From Octopus bimaculoides (lineage: Eukaryota): DNA of 64,000 nt. The notes beneath the pieces are model-generated. The model saw only the letters and a list, made by a program, of their open reading frames with translations, made no database searches and was not told the origin of the DNA. The DNA is taken from assembly GCF_001194135.2 (NCBI RefSeq), contig NC_068981.1, forward strand, positions 156,295,176 through 156,359,175. Reading direction: 5' to 3'. Below, one piece after another: positions 37,488 to 56,474 of the stretch. The position numbers and the translations under genes are program-made. The stretch's first letter is position 1; each line of letters starts with the position of its first letter.

Positions 37488-37505
37488 ATGAGATTCTTCG
37501 TTTGA
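37488..37505 (+). promoter_or_regulatory. 5-codon uORF (MRFFV*) in frame with, and 3 nt before, the GLIS2 ATG
   Basis: ATG AGA TTC TTC GTT TGA AAT ATG CCA, inside the exon that starts at 37478. Confidence 0.6.
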
Positions 37506-37508
37506 AAT

Positions 37509-43241
<5,733 letters not shown>

Positions 43242-43770
43242 AAGTAGTCTTTTGTTGTTGTTTTTTAATTGCTATTCAGATTTTATTTATTTTTTAATGC
43301 ATCACTGGTGATTGAATACTTTATCTTTTTTGCAATATGTGAAGAGTAATTCAAGATTGGGAAGCTCATCTTATCCTAGGCTCTTGACTGGCTGGAAATC
43401 CAGGGCATGAGATGTGAAGGAAAACAAATAGTTAAAAGAACCAAAGCAATCTTGTAGACTTGCCTTCACTATAGAAAACTTACCATCTGTTGTTCATGTT
43501 TTAATTGAAATAATACGAAGTTTTTCATGTTAAAGTTTTCATATCCAAATTAAAATCTTCCATTGTAACTGTTTGTAAGAGCCTTCTCTTAAATTTTGTA
43601 CCAATTTAAATAATATACCAATTAAGGAAAAAGTTAATTTTCTTAATCCTTAACTACTATTTAAATAGTCAAGTTAGAATTAACATGTTTAATGCAGGGA
43701 GGATTGAAAGGTTAATTAGAATTTATATGATGTGGAAAAATGATACTAATCATCAACTATTATTATTTTA

Positions 43771-45040
43771 TCAGGTCATCCCACACCTTTTTAAAGATTG
43801 AATGAAATTTAATAGTATTTTAGAATGTCTAATGGAATTAAAAATTATTTTTATGTATTTGTGTACATTTAAACTAATTAAATATTATTTTAAAGAATAA
43901 TAGAAATAAAATTTCTTTGATTAAAACCTTTCTAACATGGAAGTATCCAAAGAGCATTTAAGGCATAATGCTTTATGAGTACAAAAAAGGAAACTCTGCA
44001 GCCAAAGCAACTCGAAACATACACTCAGTTTATGAGAAAGAATGCTGGAATGAAAGAAGTTGCAGAAGATGGTTTGCAAAATTCAGAAGTGGAGATTCCA
44101 GCCTTGAAAATGAAGATCGAACAGGACGTCCAGTTGAGTTTGATGAGAAGCTCCTTGAGGCATTACTTGAAGAAAATCCTGCATTATCAGTTGAAGAATT
44201 GACAATAAAGCTTAGTTCAAACCATACAAACTGTTCATCATCATCTTCAACAACTTGGAAAGGTTCCTAAACTTGGAAAATTGGTGCCTCATGAATTGTC
44301 TGAAAGAAACCGCAAATCCCGAGTTGACATCTGCTCTTCTCTCCATTCTCGCAAACTCATTTCACCCTTTTTGGATAGACTTGTGACTGGTGATGAAAAA
44401 TGGATCTTCTATTGAAATGTTAAACGCCATAAACAGTGGCTTGGTAAAAGGGTAAAAGCTCAAACACAACTGAAAAGGGAACTTCATGGGAAAAAGGTTC
44501 TTCTCTCTATCTGGTTGGATTGCAAAGGAGTAATTCACTTTAAAGTGTTACCACCTAATGCAACAATCACTACTCAAGTCTACTGTCAGCAATCAAACCG
44601 TTTGAACCAAGTTTTGAAGAAAAAAAAGACCCGCTTTAGTGAATCGAAAAGGAGTGATGTTTCATCAGGACAATGTGTGACCCCACACTGCAAAGATCAC
44701 ATCACAGAAGATTGAAGAGCTTGGTTGGGAAAAAATTCCTCATCCATCTTATTCTCCCAACCTTGCTCCTTCAGACTACCATTTGTTTCGTAGTTTACAG
44801 AATCATTTGGGGGACATAACTTTCGCAAGCCAGGAAGAGGTCGAAACTGACATTTCAGAGATCTTTGCTTTGAAACCAAAAGAGTTTTACATTGCTGGGA
44901 TTAAAAAGCTTGTAAATAGACGGAAGGAAGTCATAGATAATCAGGGAAAGTACATGGATGATCAAATTTCAATTAAATATAACATTTGATCACTTGTTTT
45001 CTTTATTCAAAATTCGGACAGAACTTATGGGATGACCTGA
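43771..45040 (+). mobile_element. Full-length but inactivated mariner family B element (1270 bp, DD34D)
   Basis: TA-tcaggtcatccca...tgggatgacctga-TA; transposase MEVSKEHLRH...VTGDEKW...HQDNV*PHT...YSPNLAPSDYHLF with frameshifts and stops. Confidence 0.93.
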
Positions 45041-46399
45041 TAACTTTTAACAGGCAGATATGAGATAACTTTGAATATATCTGAAGCTAGACTTTACCAG
45101 ATTTACTGAAGTAATGATATAAGAAAGAATCACTTAGTAAATATACAAATGTACACCAATTGGTATAGAAAAGCAGAAATTAAATAGCTTAGCTTTAGCA
45201 AGAAGAGTAATTGAAACCACTATGGATATTTAGTTTTTATATCTAATGTAGAGTTTCTGTACATTGTTTATCTCTAAACCAACCTGATTTAGCAAATCTG
45301 TAGCCAAAGGTGTCTCAACTGTAAATATCTAAAGACTTGGAACTACCCTATCTGATGTGCTCTTTCTCTTTTTAAGCATTTGTGTGTTTGTGTGTGCATA
45401 TATCCCGTCAAACTGAGCAAAGAAGGCTTAGTATTTTGAAATCTTTTTCAACCTCTCTAGTGGTGGGTCTATGAAAAATGCATTAAGTACACTGTAAAGT
45501 GGTTGGTGGAAGGGATGGAATTCATTTATAGAAACCAGGTCAAATAACTTGTATGAGTATCAGTCTGTGGAATCAAGAGGTGGTGGTTAAGAAGCTTGCT
45601 TCAGGTTCAGTTCTACTCCACAGCACCTTGGGTAAATGTTTTCCTCTATAATCTTGGGTCAACCAAAGCCATGTGAGTGGATATGGCATTTTGGGCAAGG
45701 GTCTTCTTCCTTGGGCTTGAGTCAACCCAAGCCTTGTGAATGAAATTGAATAAACTGGAATTGTGAGGAAGCCTGTTATGTTGACTATACTTGTAATTCA
45801 AAAGTTCAGCTTTGTCACACTTTCACACTGATTCTGCCTGAGGATTACATTAACACTATATGCGTCTGTGGAATACTCAGCCACTTATATGCTAATTCAT
45901 TGAGCAAGTAGTAAAGCTGATAGATCAAGTGAATATGCATTGTTGAAACTATAAGAGATCCATTTACTATTTACTTTAACTGAAATTCACCATGAATGGA
46001 GAACCTAACCCACACTCTGCCCCATATAATAAACCACTGCATATCTCCATCTAGGTGGAGATATGACATATCTGGAACTCCAGGTTTGAGGATTGTACCT
46101 AGTTATTCAACTGCTTATGTCCCATAGATTTTACTTGATCCTGACTCACTGGAATGAGTGACTACTTTTGATTGCTGAATTTTATGGTATTTTTCTAAAG
46201 GAACATTATGTTACTGTTTAAGAAGAAAGATTTGCTTTCATTCAAATAGTGAAGTAAACTTATGTAGCTGGTAACAACAACAAAAAAAAATTTGGTGACA
46301 AAACATCTAGAGTTACATAGCAATGACTAATTGTTATGAATCAGTTTAAAATTGGTTGGTATTTATTTCATTCTGAGTAAAATATGATATTATAATCAT

Positions 46400-46590
46400 A
46401 GCACAAGGCCAGCAATTTTTTGAGGCAAGTGGGAGGTTAATTATATTGACCTGAGTATTTGACTGGTATTTTATTTTACTGACCCTGAAAGGATAAAAGG
46501 CAAAGTCAACTTCAGTGGCACTTGAACACGGAACTCATCAAACAGCTGAAAGAAATGTTGCTAAGCATTTTGTTTCATGCAATAATGATT
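46400..46590 (-). mobile_element. Family-1 SINE
   Basis: Reverse complement gcacaaggccagcaatttt...gaaaggataaaaggcaaagtcaac...gctaagcattt. Confidence 0.6.
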
Positions 46591-47922
46591 CTGCAGTTCT
46601 CTGCTTTTGAAAAAATTTAGTATTATATCAAACTTTATTTTGTGCTGGTACTAGTAAAACAATTAAACCAAGAATCCATTTGATTTAACTCGAGTTTTTA
46701 TTTGCTATATATATATACAAAATCTTTTTACATAGTTTTTAAAAATAATTTTATATTACAAAATATACAAAATATACAATACTGTGTGGATATAAATTAA
46801 GTTGATATTTTCATCTCTTCTAAGATACTAATATTATAATGGTGGCTGGAAAGAAAAAAGAAAAAAAGGCATGGTTAGTACAATAAAGGCAAGATATTGT
46901 TCAATTCAATAGACATTGGAGAAATTCAAGTAATTTAAGTAATAATTATACATTGTCACTATCATTAACATAATAATAATTTAAGGAAAGACATCTAGCA
47001 ATAAATTTCCTGCTGCAATAATTCATTTAAAAATATGAATTTGAAAACCTATCCAACCCCTATTACCATACAAAGACATAATTTTAAAAAGCACTATGCT
47101 GGTTTAATATATTTTTAAACAATATAATAAATTTTTCTATATTTGACTCATTTTTAACAATATCTCTTTGCAATATTCACTTAATTTATATAATTTTGAA
47201 TTAAGACTTTTACTTGCACTAGAAATAAGTATATCTTTTATACAAAAGACGAAATCCAGAAACTGTTGGTTTTCATGATTTAAAATGCTATTAAACTGTT
47301 ATAAGGTTGACACCATTTAATGGTGATATGTACAAAATATATTATTGTACTATGTATATTATTTACAGATTGTGATGCTTCTACACTATTGTGATTGTAT
47401 AACACAAAAGAAAAGCTAAAACGAAGCAGTTACATCTGTTTGATTTTAAATTAATCAATTCAGATTAAGACTGAAGCTGCTATTTGTGTGAGTGTATGTA
47501 TTAAATGTGCAATGAGCAAGTATATTAGTCATAGATCCAGGTGATAATGTGAGATATGCCTTGAGCAAGTGCATTGGTGACCAGATATATATCATTATTA
47601 TCACCAGTGGTTCATATTGTCTTTGGTTTTATATTGTGTCTGTGACTGGAACACTTAACTCTCATAGCCCAGTCCATCTAGCTGTAAAAAGACACTAGAA
47701 TATAAATACTTTTCCACTCCAATTAGTTATTTGTTAGTGCATAGTAGCAAGTTCGATTTGTCTTATGGACAAGCATGTCCAAGGAAATATTTGTCTCTCA
47801 TTCATTTAAAACTACAAAAACTGGAGAAGATAAACACCAGGCCATATGAATCATTGATTTGAAAAGGATAGCTTATCTGGTCGGGGAGGTATTTTAAGAC
47901 CTATTAGAGTTGAATTTGATTA

Positions 47923-50156
47923 TTAAAGAAATTTAATACTTACAATTTGATTATTGAAGCAATCATATTTTGTACAGGTTATTATCTTCTTATGGCAAAA
48001 ACACACATTGCATGAATCGTTCGCTCTGAAGTATTCACCTTGCTTGTGATATTTTCCGTAATAGTTACAAGAATTTTCTAGAGAGCAGTCCTTTTTAGAG
48101 CAGACTGGTTTACCATCAAAACAGTGGCATGTATTGCAATCAATGTTGAAATTTTCTCCATGATTATAAGCTTTGTTGCCATAGAAACATTGTTTTTTCT
48201 TACAATCACTCTTGTTACAGTAGAAGAAACCTTTTGCTGTACATGTACAGGTCCTGCACTGAATTCTAACCTTCTTTCCTATTCTGTAGTTTACACCATT
48301 GTGTTTACATCGTCTTAGACATGATGTCTGTGAGCATAAAATGCTTTTATCTGGCTGACATTTACATACATTGCAATTATCCATAAAAACTTCACCTACG
48401 TTATATACTGTGCCATTATATCTACATCTACAGTCACGTGTTATTTTGCATGAAATTTTAGCATCAACTCCACATTGGCATGTATAACAGCCATCATCAA
48501 AGGTTTCATTGATTTCATATTTCTTCCATTTATATTCACATTTACATGGTTTTTTGACACATTCTACAATTCCATTTTCTTTGCATTTACATTCATTGCA
48601 CCCATCAGGGAATAATCGACCAATGCGATAGCTTTTTCCCTTATAATTACAAGAACAGTTTTTAGTCTCGGTACATGCAAATTTGCCTGTATTTAGACAT
48701 TTGCATATCTTGCAACCATCTTTGAATGTTTCTCCAACATGATACTTAATTCCCTTATTAATGCAGGTAGATGTATTTTTAGTACATTCAACCATACCAG
48801 TTTCTTTGCAGATGCATACATTGCAGTTGTCAGTAAATGTATCATTGATGGCATAGACCATTCCATTATATCTGCACTCGCATAAATCTCTAGTACACAT
48901 TACATAACCATTAACGTCACAAATACAATCGTTACAATCATCTTTAAATGTGTCTCCAATTTTATACGTGACATTTCTGTATTGACAATGGCAAGACCTT
49001 TTACTGCATTGGACCATGCCATTCATTTCACATCGGCAAACATTACAACCGTCCCTAAATATTTCTCTATATTGATAAATTTCGTCCTTATATTTACATA
49101 TACAAGGAGTACTGTTGCAGTGAATCTTGCCACCTGCTTTGCAGATGCAAGTGTTACAATTATCTTTAAAGCTTTCTCCAGTTTGGTATGTTACTCCATT
49201 AAGCTTGCATACACATGTGCTATTAGAACAGTTTACAGCACCATCAGCTTTACAGACGCATGTATTGCAGTTATCTGTAAAATTTTGGCCAGCTGAATAC
49301 ATTTTTGTTTTATAAATGCAGACACATGATCTGTTGCTGCAACTCACAGTTCCATCCGTTTTGCATTGACAAGTCTTACAATTGTCCATAAAGGACTCAC
49401 CTGCTGAATAAATAGTGCCTCTATAATTACAGGTGGTGTTTTTATTTGCACAGTAGAAGCTAGCATTATCTTGACAAGTGCAAACAATAAGCTTTGTTTG
49501 AAATGATTCGCCAACTTTATAATTGATATTGTTATGAGTGCACTTACATATTTTAGTCGTACATTCAATATTACCTGTACTAAGACATGTACATGAGTTA
49601 CAACCGTTTTTAAATACCTCATTGACTTTATAAAATTTGCCTTGATGTGTGCAAGTGTTGTGGCATTTGTATACACAGCTCACATTGCCATCTGCATTAC
49701 AAACACAAGCATTACAAAGAGAGTGAAATGTCTCCAGAGGCCTATACTTCTTTCCATTGTATATGCAATATTGTGGTTGGCTTTTGCAGTCTAGTTCAGT
49801 ACAATTCACACTACCTAATTGATTGCAGACACATGTATTGCAGTCCTTCTTAAAAATTTCTCCCTTCTTATATGTCTTTCCATTGAAAGTGCATTGATTG
49901 CTCAGCTGGTTACAATTTACATCAACACATTTAACACTGCCATCACGTTTACATACACATTCTTTACAACCCATTTTGAAACTTTGTCCTTCATTGTATA
50001 TAAGGCCATTGAAGTTACAAGTTGATTTCTTCTTAGAACAATGTCTCACTGTGCAGATTGCATAACCTGTTGGATCACAGTAGCAGAGATTGCAACCATC
50101 AGAACTATTGAAAAACTTTCCGCCAGTATGCACGTTGTTTTCATATTCACATGATT
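47923..50156 (-). CDS. Repeat-protein terminal exon: 19 tandem six-Cys repeats
   Basis: ttctttccag acceptor at 50157-50158, 2234 nt uninterrupted frame to TAA at 47923. Confidence 0.95.
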
Positions 50157-53100
50157 CTGGAAAGAATTAAAATTATTCGAAAAGTTTAGTCAAAATAAAA
50201 GTACCAATAATACTTAAAAGTAAAGAGTGCATTTTTATATCTAATTCAATTCACACTTTTTGTGTATCAAAATCGATATTAAAACTAAAGCTGCATATAG
50301 TACATGAGAATAAATTGTAAATCTTTTCCCTACTCACTTTATTTAAGAAAAAACAAAACGATGTAATCAAGTTTTCTTATTTAAAAGCAAGAAAATTGCC
50401 ACAAAGCTGCATGTAAAACTTTTTCTCTATGCTAGCGGATACAGAAACATGGTGTTGTCAGCATAATTAAAACAGCAAGATAAGTCAAGATGTGACATGT
50501 GCATTACATTTTTATTCTCTTCCGACTTGTCCATACCTCTCTTTCCAAACTTCATGGCAACCTCAATAGTGCAGGTTGCTCAGAAAAAAAAGAAATCATC
50601 CAGTACATGCTGTAAAGTGGTTGGCATTAGGAAGGGCATCCAGCCATAAAAACTATGCCATAGCAGATGATGAAGCTTGATGCAGTCCTTGGATACATCA
50701 GTCCCTGTCAAACCATCTAACCCATGTCAGCATGGAACATGGATGTTAAATGATGATGATGATGACTATTATTATCATCATCATTTTATAAGTAGGGACA
50801 ATCTAAGAGCATAAAGTGCTCAGCAGATGATGACAATGCTGCTGCTGATGATGATGATGATGATGATGCACTGGTCATGACAGAAGCCTGAATGAATTCT
50901 TTCACTATAATTCCAAAATATATGCAACAGGAATGAGTCCTTCCTCACACCCTATGAAGCAAATTAAAAAAAAAAATTTAAGTGAAACAACACGGTTACT
51001 TACTTGCAATTGAAACGAATTTCGTTTTCCCGGAACAGGCATCATTAGTGCATAAGTATTTATTATTTCCTTGGCAATCACATTCAGTGCACTTATCATC
51101 AAGTAATATTGTTGTACCTCTATTCACTTTAATTCCATTGTATGTACAAAAGTAAGGATCTATGTGATATAAGAAAGACAAAGATTGTAAAGTTGAAAAC
51201 ATTCTGATAGATTTTAGAGTTAACATTAATCTTGCTATGAATCTAGTTATATAATAAAGCTTTCAAGTACACTAGAAGTTCAAAACTACTGAATTGCCAC
51301 ACACCTGTGTACCAGTAATGAATAACTTCCTAGATTCTAAGCTAGGATTCAAAACCAAATCTACAATTTTCCACTGGTTTCTTTCCTATTGCTCTCAGCT
51401 TTTGCACTTAGAAATTTATGACAGCCAACTGTCACACTTGGTCAAGTTCCATTGTTTAAGTGAACATTCTTGGGTTAAATACTGTTCGTGAGATAGACCT
51501 ACTACTTTCCATTGCTCTCCAACCTACATCCAGCTTTGCAACATGTACATATACAGTACCCTAATTCGGTTCTACCTCTTTCCACTTGGCCTCTGACCAA
51601 AGAAGCCTTTCATATATGGCCTGTCATTGTGCGACTACACAACTTTCATCCTCTCTACTTGGCTCAATTCTTTTACTTTTTCTCTCTCACTTCTTCCATC
51701 CACCTGCTAATCCTTTAATAACAAAACCAGTTCTTACTTGAAACACAAAACTTTTTGGTGACAAAGAGGCAACAGGTTTCATCTGAAAATAAATTGCAAC
51801 AGAAATCAAAAATCAATGTTGTCATAAATGTGCATCTGTGAAAGTGAAAATCCATTTAGAAACCCAAATAGAACTTGCTAGAACTTTATAAAGACTCTAT
51901 CAACACTAGAATATATCACAGCATAAGAGGCAAAATTAGTTCTATGAAATATTTCTTTTCAATTTACAAATTTGCAACTGTCTGCTGTATCCAACTGCAT
52001 TCATTAAAGATTTCCAATAGTACAAGGTTTCTTTGTCATAGTCTATACATACTTACCAAAATTTAAAAATTTCTGTTGTGATAAATGTTGAATATAATCA
52101 AAACCACTACCAGCTCTAATGTATATAACAGTTTCTCTCGTCATTACAATAATTGCCATCAGAATCTATTTACTTATGATCACAATAAACTCTTGCGTCC
52201 TTATTATAACACCATCATGAATATATGGTATATTTTATTGATAATTCAATACAAAAACCAATTTGATCATTTGCAAGGATAGAAATAAGATTGAACTCAA
52301 TATTGGTATTTTATTGAATGCTTTCCCTTTTCTGCTATCAGGACTGCTTTCCAATCAGGACTGAAATCCTTGAGAAGAATGACCTTCAAATTGATAAACA
52401 TTCAAAAATGAATGAATAAAAGCTGACTTATGACTAATAACAATTTAGTGATGCATTTTGTACTTTACTGTCAACTTGCATCAAGTATGAATGCATCACA
52501 TATCCTGTTGATTAATGAGATTCATATTACATTGTTTTATCATTATGTCTTTTACATGAGCGTTGCTGCTCCTCAGATTATTTTAACATGTATGAAGAAA
52601 GGGGGATATATTTCTTTTGATTACAAAATACAAAATCATATTTTTTTTTTAAATGCTTGTACTTTTATTGTTATTTTGTTGTTTTACTTCTCAGAGCACT
52701 GGGTCTTGTTTGCTCTGGTTGATTTTGTGAGAGCAGACAGCAGCCTGTTGTCAGAGGTCTCACAAGGTTTCTTTCCACACATGATAAGCTTTGATAATAT
52801 TATAGTTGCTGCTGTTGTTGTTATCATTATTATTATTAGTACTTTGAGTTTAATATACAAAATATATTTGAAATATGTAACAGTACCTATGCGGCATTCC
52901 CTGGTTTCATTGCATGCTTTGGTTGCATTCATTGGTCGTACATTTGGGCATGTTGCATTTAACATCTCTGAAAAGAAAAGAGAGAAAAAAAAGATATTCA
53001 TAAACTTATACAAAATCTCTAGTTGTGAGGAGAGAAAAATACTGGTTCATGATATATTTGATTGTGTTCATTCACCATTTATACATAAACCATCATCATA

Positions 53101-55384
53101 ATCAAACAAATAAGGATGTCAGTATAAATATGGGTGGATGTGAGAGCTAGGCTTGTACAGCTGACATGGAACAAAGAATCCACGGATGTGAGCACAACTG
53201 CTCCAGCAGGTTGCTACACATCCTGTACACAGAACACAGAATAAACAGCTTTGTCAAGCAGCAAGTCAACAAATATCCTGGCAGACAGGAATCACTCCTT
53301 GCACATGTAAAAAAACGAAAGCTTGTCTGGTACAGTCACATATCCTTTCACAACTCCTTGTCTAAAACCATCCTTCAGGGCACAGTTAAGGGAGGGTGAA
53401 AGAGAGACAGACTGGGAAAATCCTGGCCTGACAACATTAAGGAATGGTTAAGTCACAACACCATAGCCTGCTATACATAACAGAGAACAGAGACCAGTGG
53501 CAATAGCTGACTGCAATGATGATGTATAGAAATTTGCAAAATCTGGGGGAAACTGGTGATGATCTACATTAGCAATTATTAATCAATAATAAGTTTATTT
53601 GCTGTAAATAGTAGTGTAGTATCTAGGGCTTCAGACATTGCCCTTTATCTGAAAATAAAAACAAAGAAAAAAGTGTGGTTTAGCATGGGTTAAAGGCAAG
53701 TAACACAAATAAATCATCAACCACGTCACCATTGGTAGTGGTGGTGGTGGTGGCATTGTTTTCATCATCATCAACATCGTCGTCGTCATCACTTTTATCA
53801 TCTACTTTTCCATGTTGGCATATATTTTGCTGAAAAGCAAGTTGCTAGGCTATCAGACAACAATTTGACCAACAGAGGAGTATTCATATCACATCAACAT
53901 CGACTAGTCACTGACTTAATTCAGAGCTGTAACTAAGTATTAATGTTCTATAAAATTTATTAATAAATTGACAAATGTCTTATTAAATTTATAGTGTTAA
54001 ATTTATAATGAGAATTTAAGTGTATTTTACCCTAATCATATTCAATTCACTGGTATTTTTGAAAATCCATAGTTGTGAAAATATATAATACTAGCCTTGA
54101 AGCCGCCCTTCGGGTGGCATTCTGATTGGTTCCTGTGGAGGGACCCTTTGAGGGTGCAGGAGTGACTGTGTGATAAGAAGTTTGATTCCCAACCACATGG
54201 TTCCGGATTCAGTCCCACTGCATGGCACCTTGGGCAAGTGTCTTCTGCTATAACTTCAGGCCGACCAAAGCCTTCTGAGCAGATTTGGTAGACAGAAACT
54301 GGGAGAAGCCAATCGTATGTGCATGTGTGTGTGTGTGTGTGTATTTGTGTGACTGTGTTTGTCCCCCCACCATCACTTGACAACCGATGTTGGTGTGTTT
54401 ACATCCCTGTAACTTAGCGGTTCAGCAAAAAGAAACTGATAGAATAAGTACTAGGCTTACAAAGAATAAGTCCTAGGGTCGATTTGTTCAACTAAAGCCA
54501 GTGCTCCAGCATGACCACAGTCAAATGACTGAAACAAGTAAAAGAATAAAAGAATATATATATTTTCGTTTCCCTCATACATTTTGAAGACCCTCAACAC
54601 AAGACCAGGCATCTTCAACTATGAGATGCTGAGGATGATTGCTTGAGTTGTCAGTACCATCGGCTGGTCATGCATTCAAAACAAAAGTAAAAATTTTGGC
54701 AAAAAACATGCATGTAATAATTTAATATGTCAACTTACCCATTTCATTGTATGGTCTTGTAGTGTGGTCAAACTTTATTTTCTCAGTAAATTTACTAGCT
54801 ATCACAAGAGGTATAGGAGTTGGGATTTCACTTTTAGGAATTACAAAACCTGAAATAAAAGAAACATTAACTTGTAATACGTCATCGTCGTCATCGTCAT
54901 CATCATCATCTTCATCATCGTCGTCATCATCACCATCATCATCATTACTTTAATATTCATTTTCCCATGGCTGCATGGATCAGACCATACATCTCATGTA
55001 TTTTACTACTCAGGAAAGTTGCATTAAAAGCTAATAAAGTTTAACAATGTTGTTCTTAAAGCTATGTGTATGGTAACTGATTTTTAATCATTAGTTTTCT
55101 TATTTCCACACTTGAAAAAAAAAAGAAAAAAAGAAACCCTAAAAAAGTGTGAGCAGAGTTTAGGCTACTTGAAATATGTTTGTGATATATTTCAACTGCT
55201 AAAAGGCAAATACATTGCAGTTACTATGGAGAATAAATCACTCTTTTGGTTGAAATGCGAAAACAAAGCCAAATGGTAAGCTTATCAGATTAATTAAGTT
55301 ATTTTAATTATTATAATGGTGAATACAAGATCAAAGTATGGGAAGCTTATCAGATCATTTAAATTATTTCAATTATTATAATGG

Positions 55385-55426
<42 letters not shown>

Positions 55427-55778
55427 NNNNNNNNNNNNNNNNNNNNNNNNNNNNNNNNNNNNNNNNNNNNNNNNNNNNNNNNNNNNNNNNNNNNNNNNNN
55501 NNNNNNNNNNNNNNNNNNNNNNNNNNNNNNNNNNNNNNNNNNNNNNNNNNNNNNNNNNNNNNNNNNNNNNNNNNNNNNNNNNNNNNNNNNNNNNNNNNNN
55601 NNNNNNNNNNNNNNNNNNNNNNNNNNNNNNNNNNNNNNNNNNNNNNNNNNNNNNNNNNNNNNNNNNNNNNNNNNNNNNNNNNNNNNNNNNNNNNNNNNNN
55701 NNNNNNNNNNNNNNNNNNNNNNNNNNNNNNNNNNNNNNNNNNNNNNNNNNNNNNNNNNNNNNNNNNNNNNNNNNNNNN

Positions 55779-55822
<44 letters not shown>

Positions 55823-56427
55823 ATATATTTTATATAGATAGATAGATACATACATACATGGTGCTTGTCTACTCCTTATGCAGAGTTTGACCACCTCCTG
55901 TACCTACACCTTAGCACCATCATGGCATCTGATGTGGCTTTTTAAACTAGACAATGTTCTAAAAAGACACCCACACAGATTGCACATCCAATTTGGACCA
56001 CCAAGAGCTGCAGATAAGTTCTGATCTTTATGGATTTTAAAATGTCTTTTGAGGCCTCCGTTGGATTTGCAAACCATCTGGCATTCACTGCATTCAAAGG
56101 TGTGCACAGACATCTAGGCAGAATAGTTGGTGGAGGTTCATTTTCCATGGGTCTGCAGATGAGATTTCAGCCCAGCAAAAGACAGGCATGGTCTGTCACA
56201 GACTGTGCACATAAAATGGTCATACATACATACATAAATAGATAGTTAGATACTGTTATCTCCTTCGTGTAGCCACAACTAAGATGCATCTCATAATACT
56301 GAAACAGGAATCTCTGGCCAACAATAGTTTCATGTTGAATGTGTGTACCAATAACATCAATACACTGAATGTTATCCTTTCTCCATTAAACTATAGAGGC
56401 CTCCAAAATATAACATCTAATATGGCT

Positions 56428-56474
<47 letters not shown>

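Noticed and set aside
52688-52930. Colipase-like C-x5-C-x3-CC motif (CNETRECRIGCC)
   Set aside because: It appears only if the weak 52744 acceptor is used; unverified splice, and the downstream cysteines of that fold are missing.
52430-53101. 223-aa plus-strand ORF
   Set aside because: Antisense to exons 3-4 of the repeat-protein gene, AT-rich low-complexity composition, no recognisable motif.
55338-55894. ORFs of 154-172 aa
   Set aside because: They run through the 352-N gap and the flanking microsatellites.
55904-56113. Host C2H2 zinc-finger gene
   Set aside because: In-frame stops, no splice context, LINE-like upstream residue and tail; treated as a LINE 3' end.
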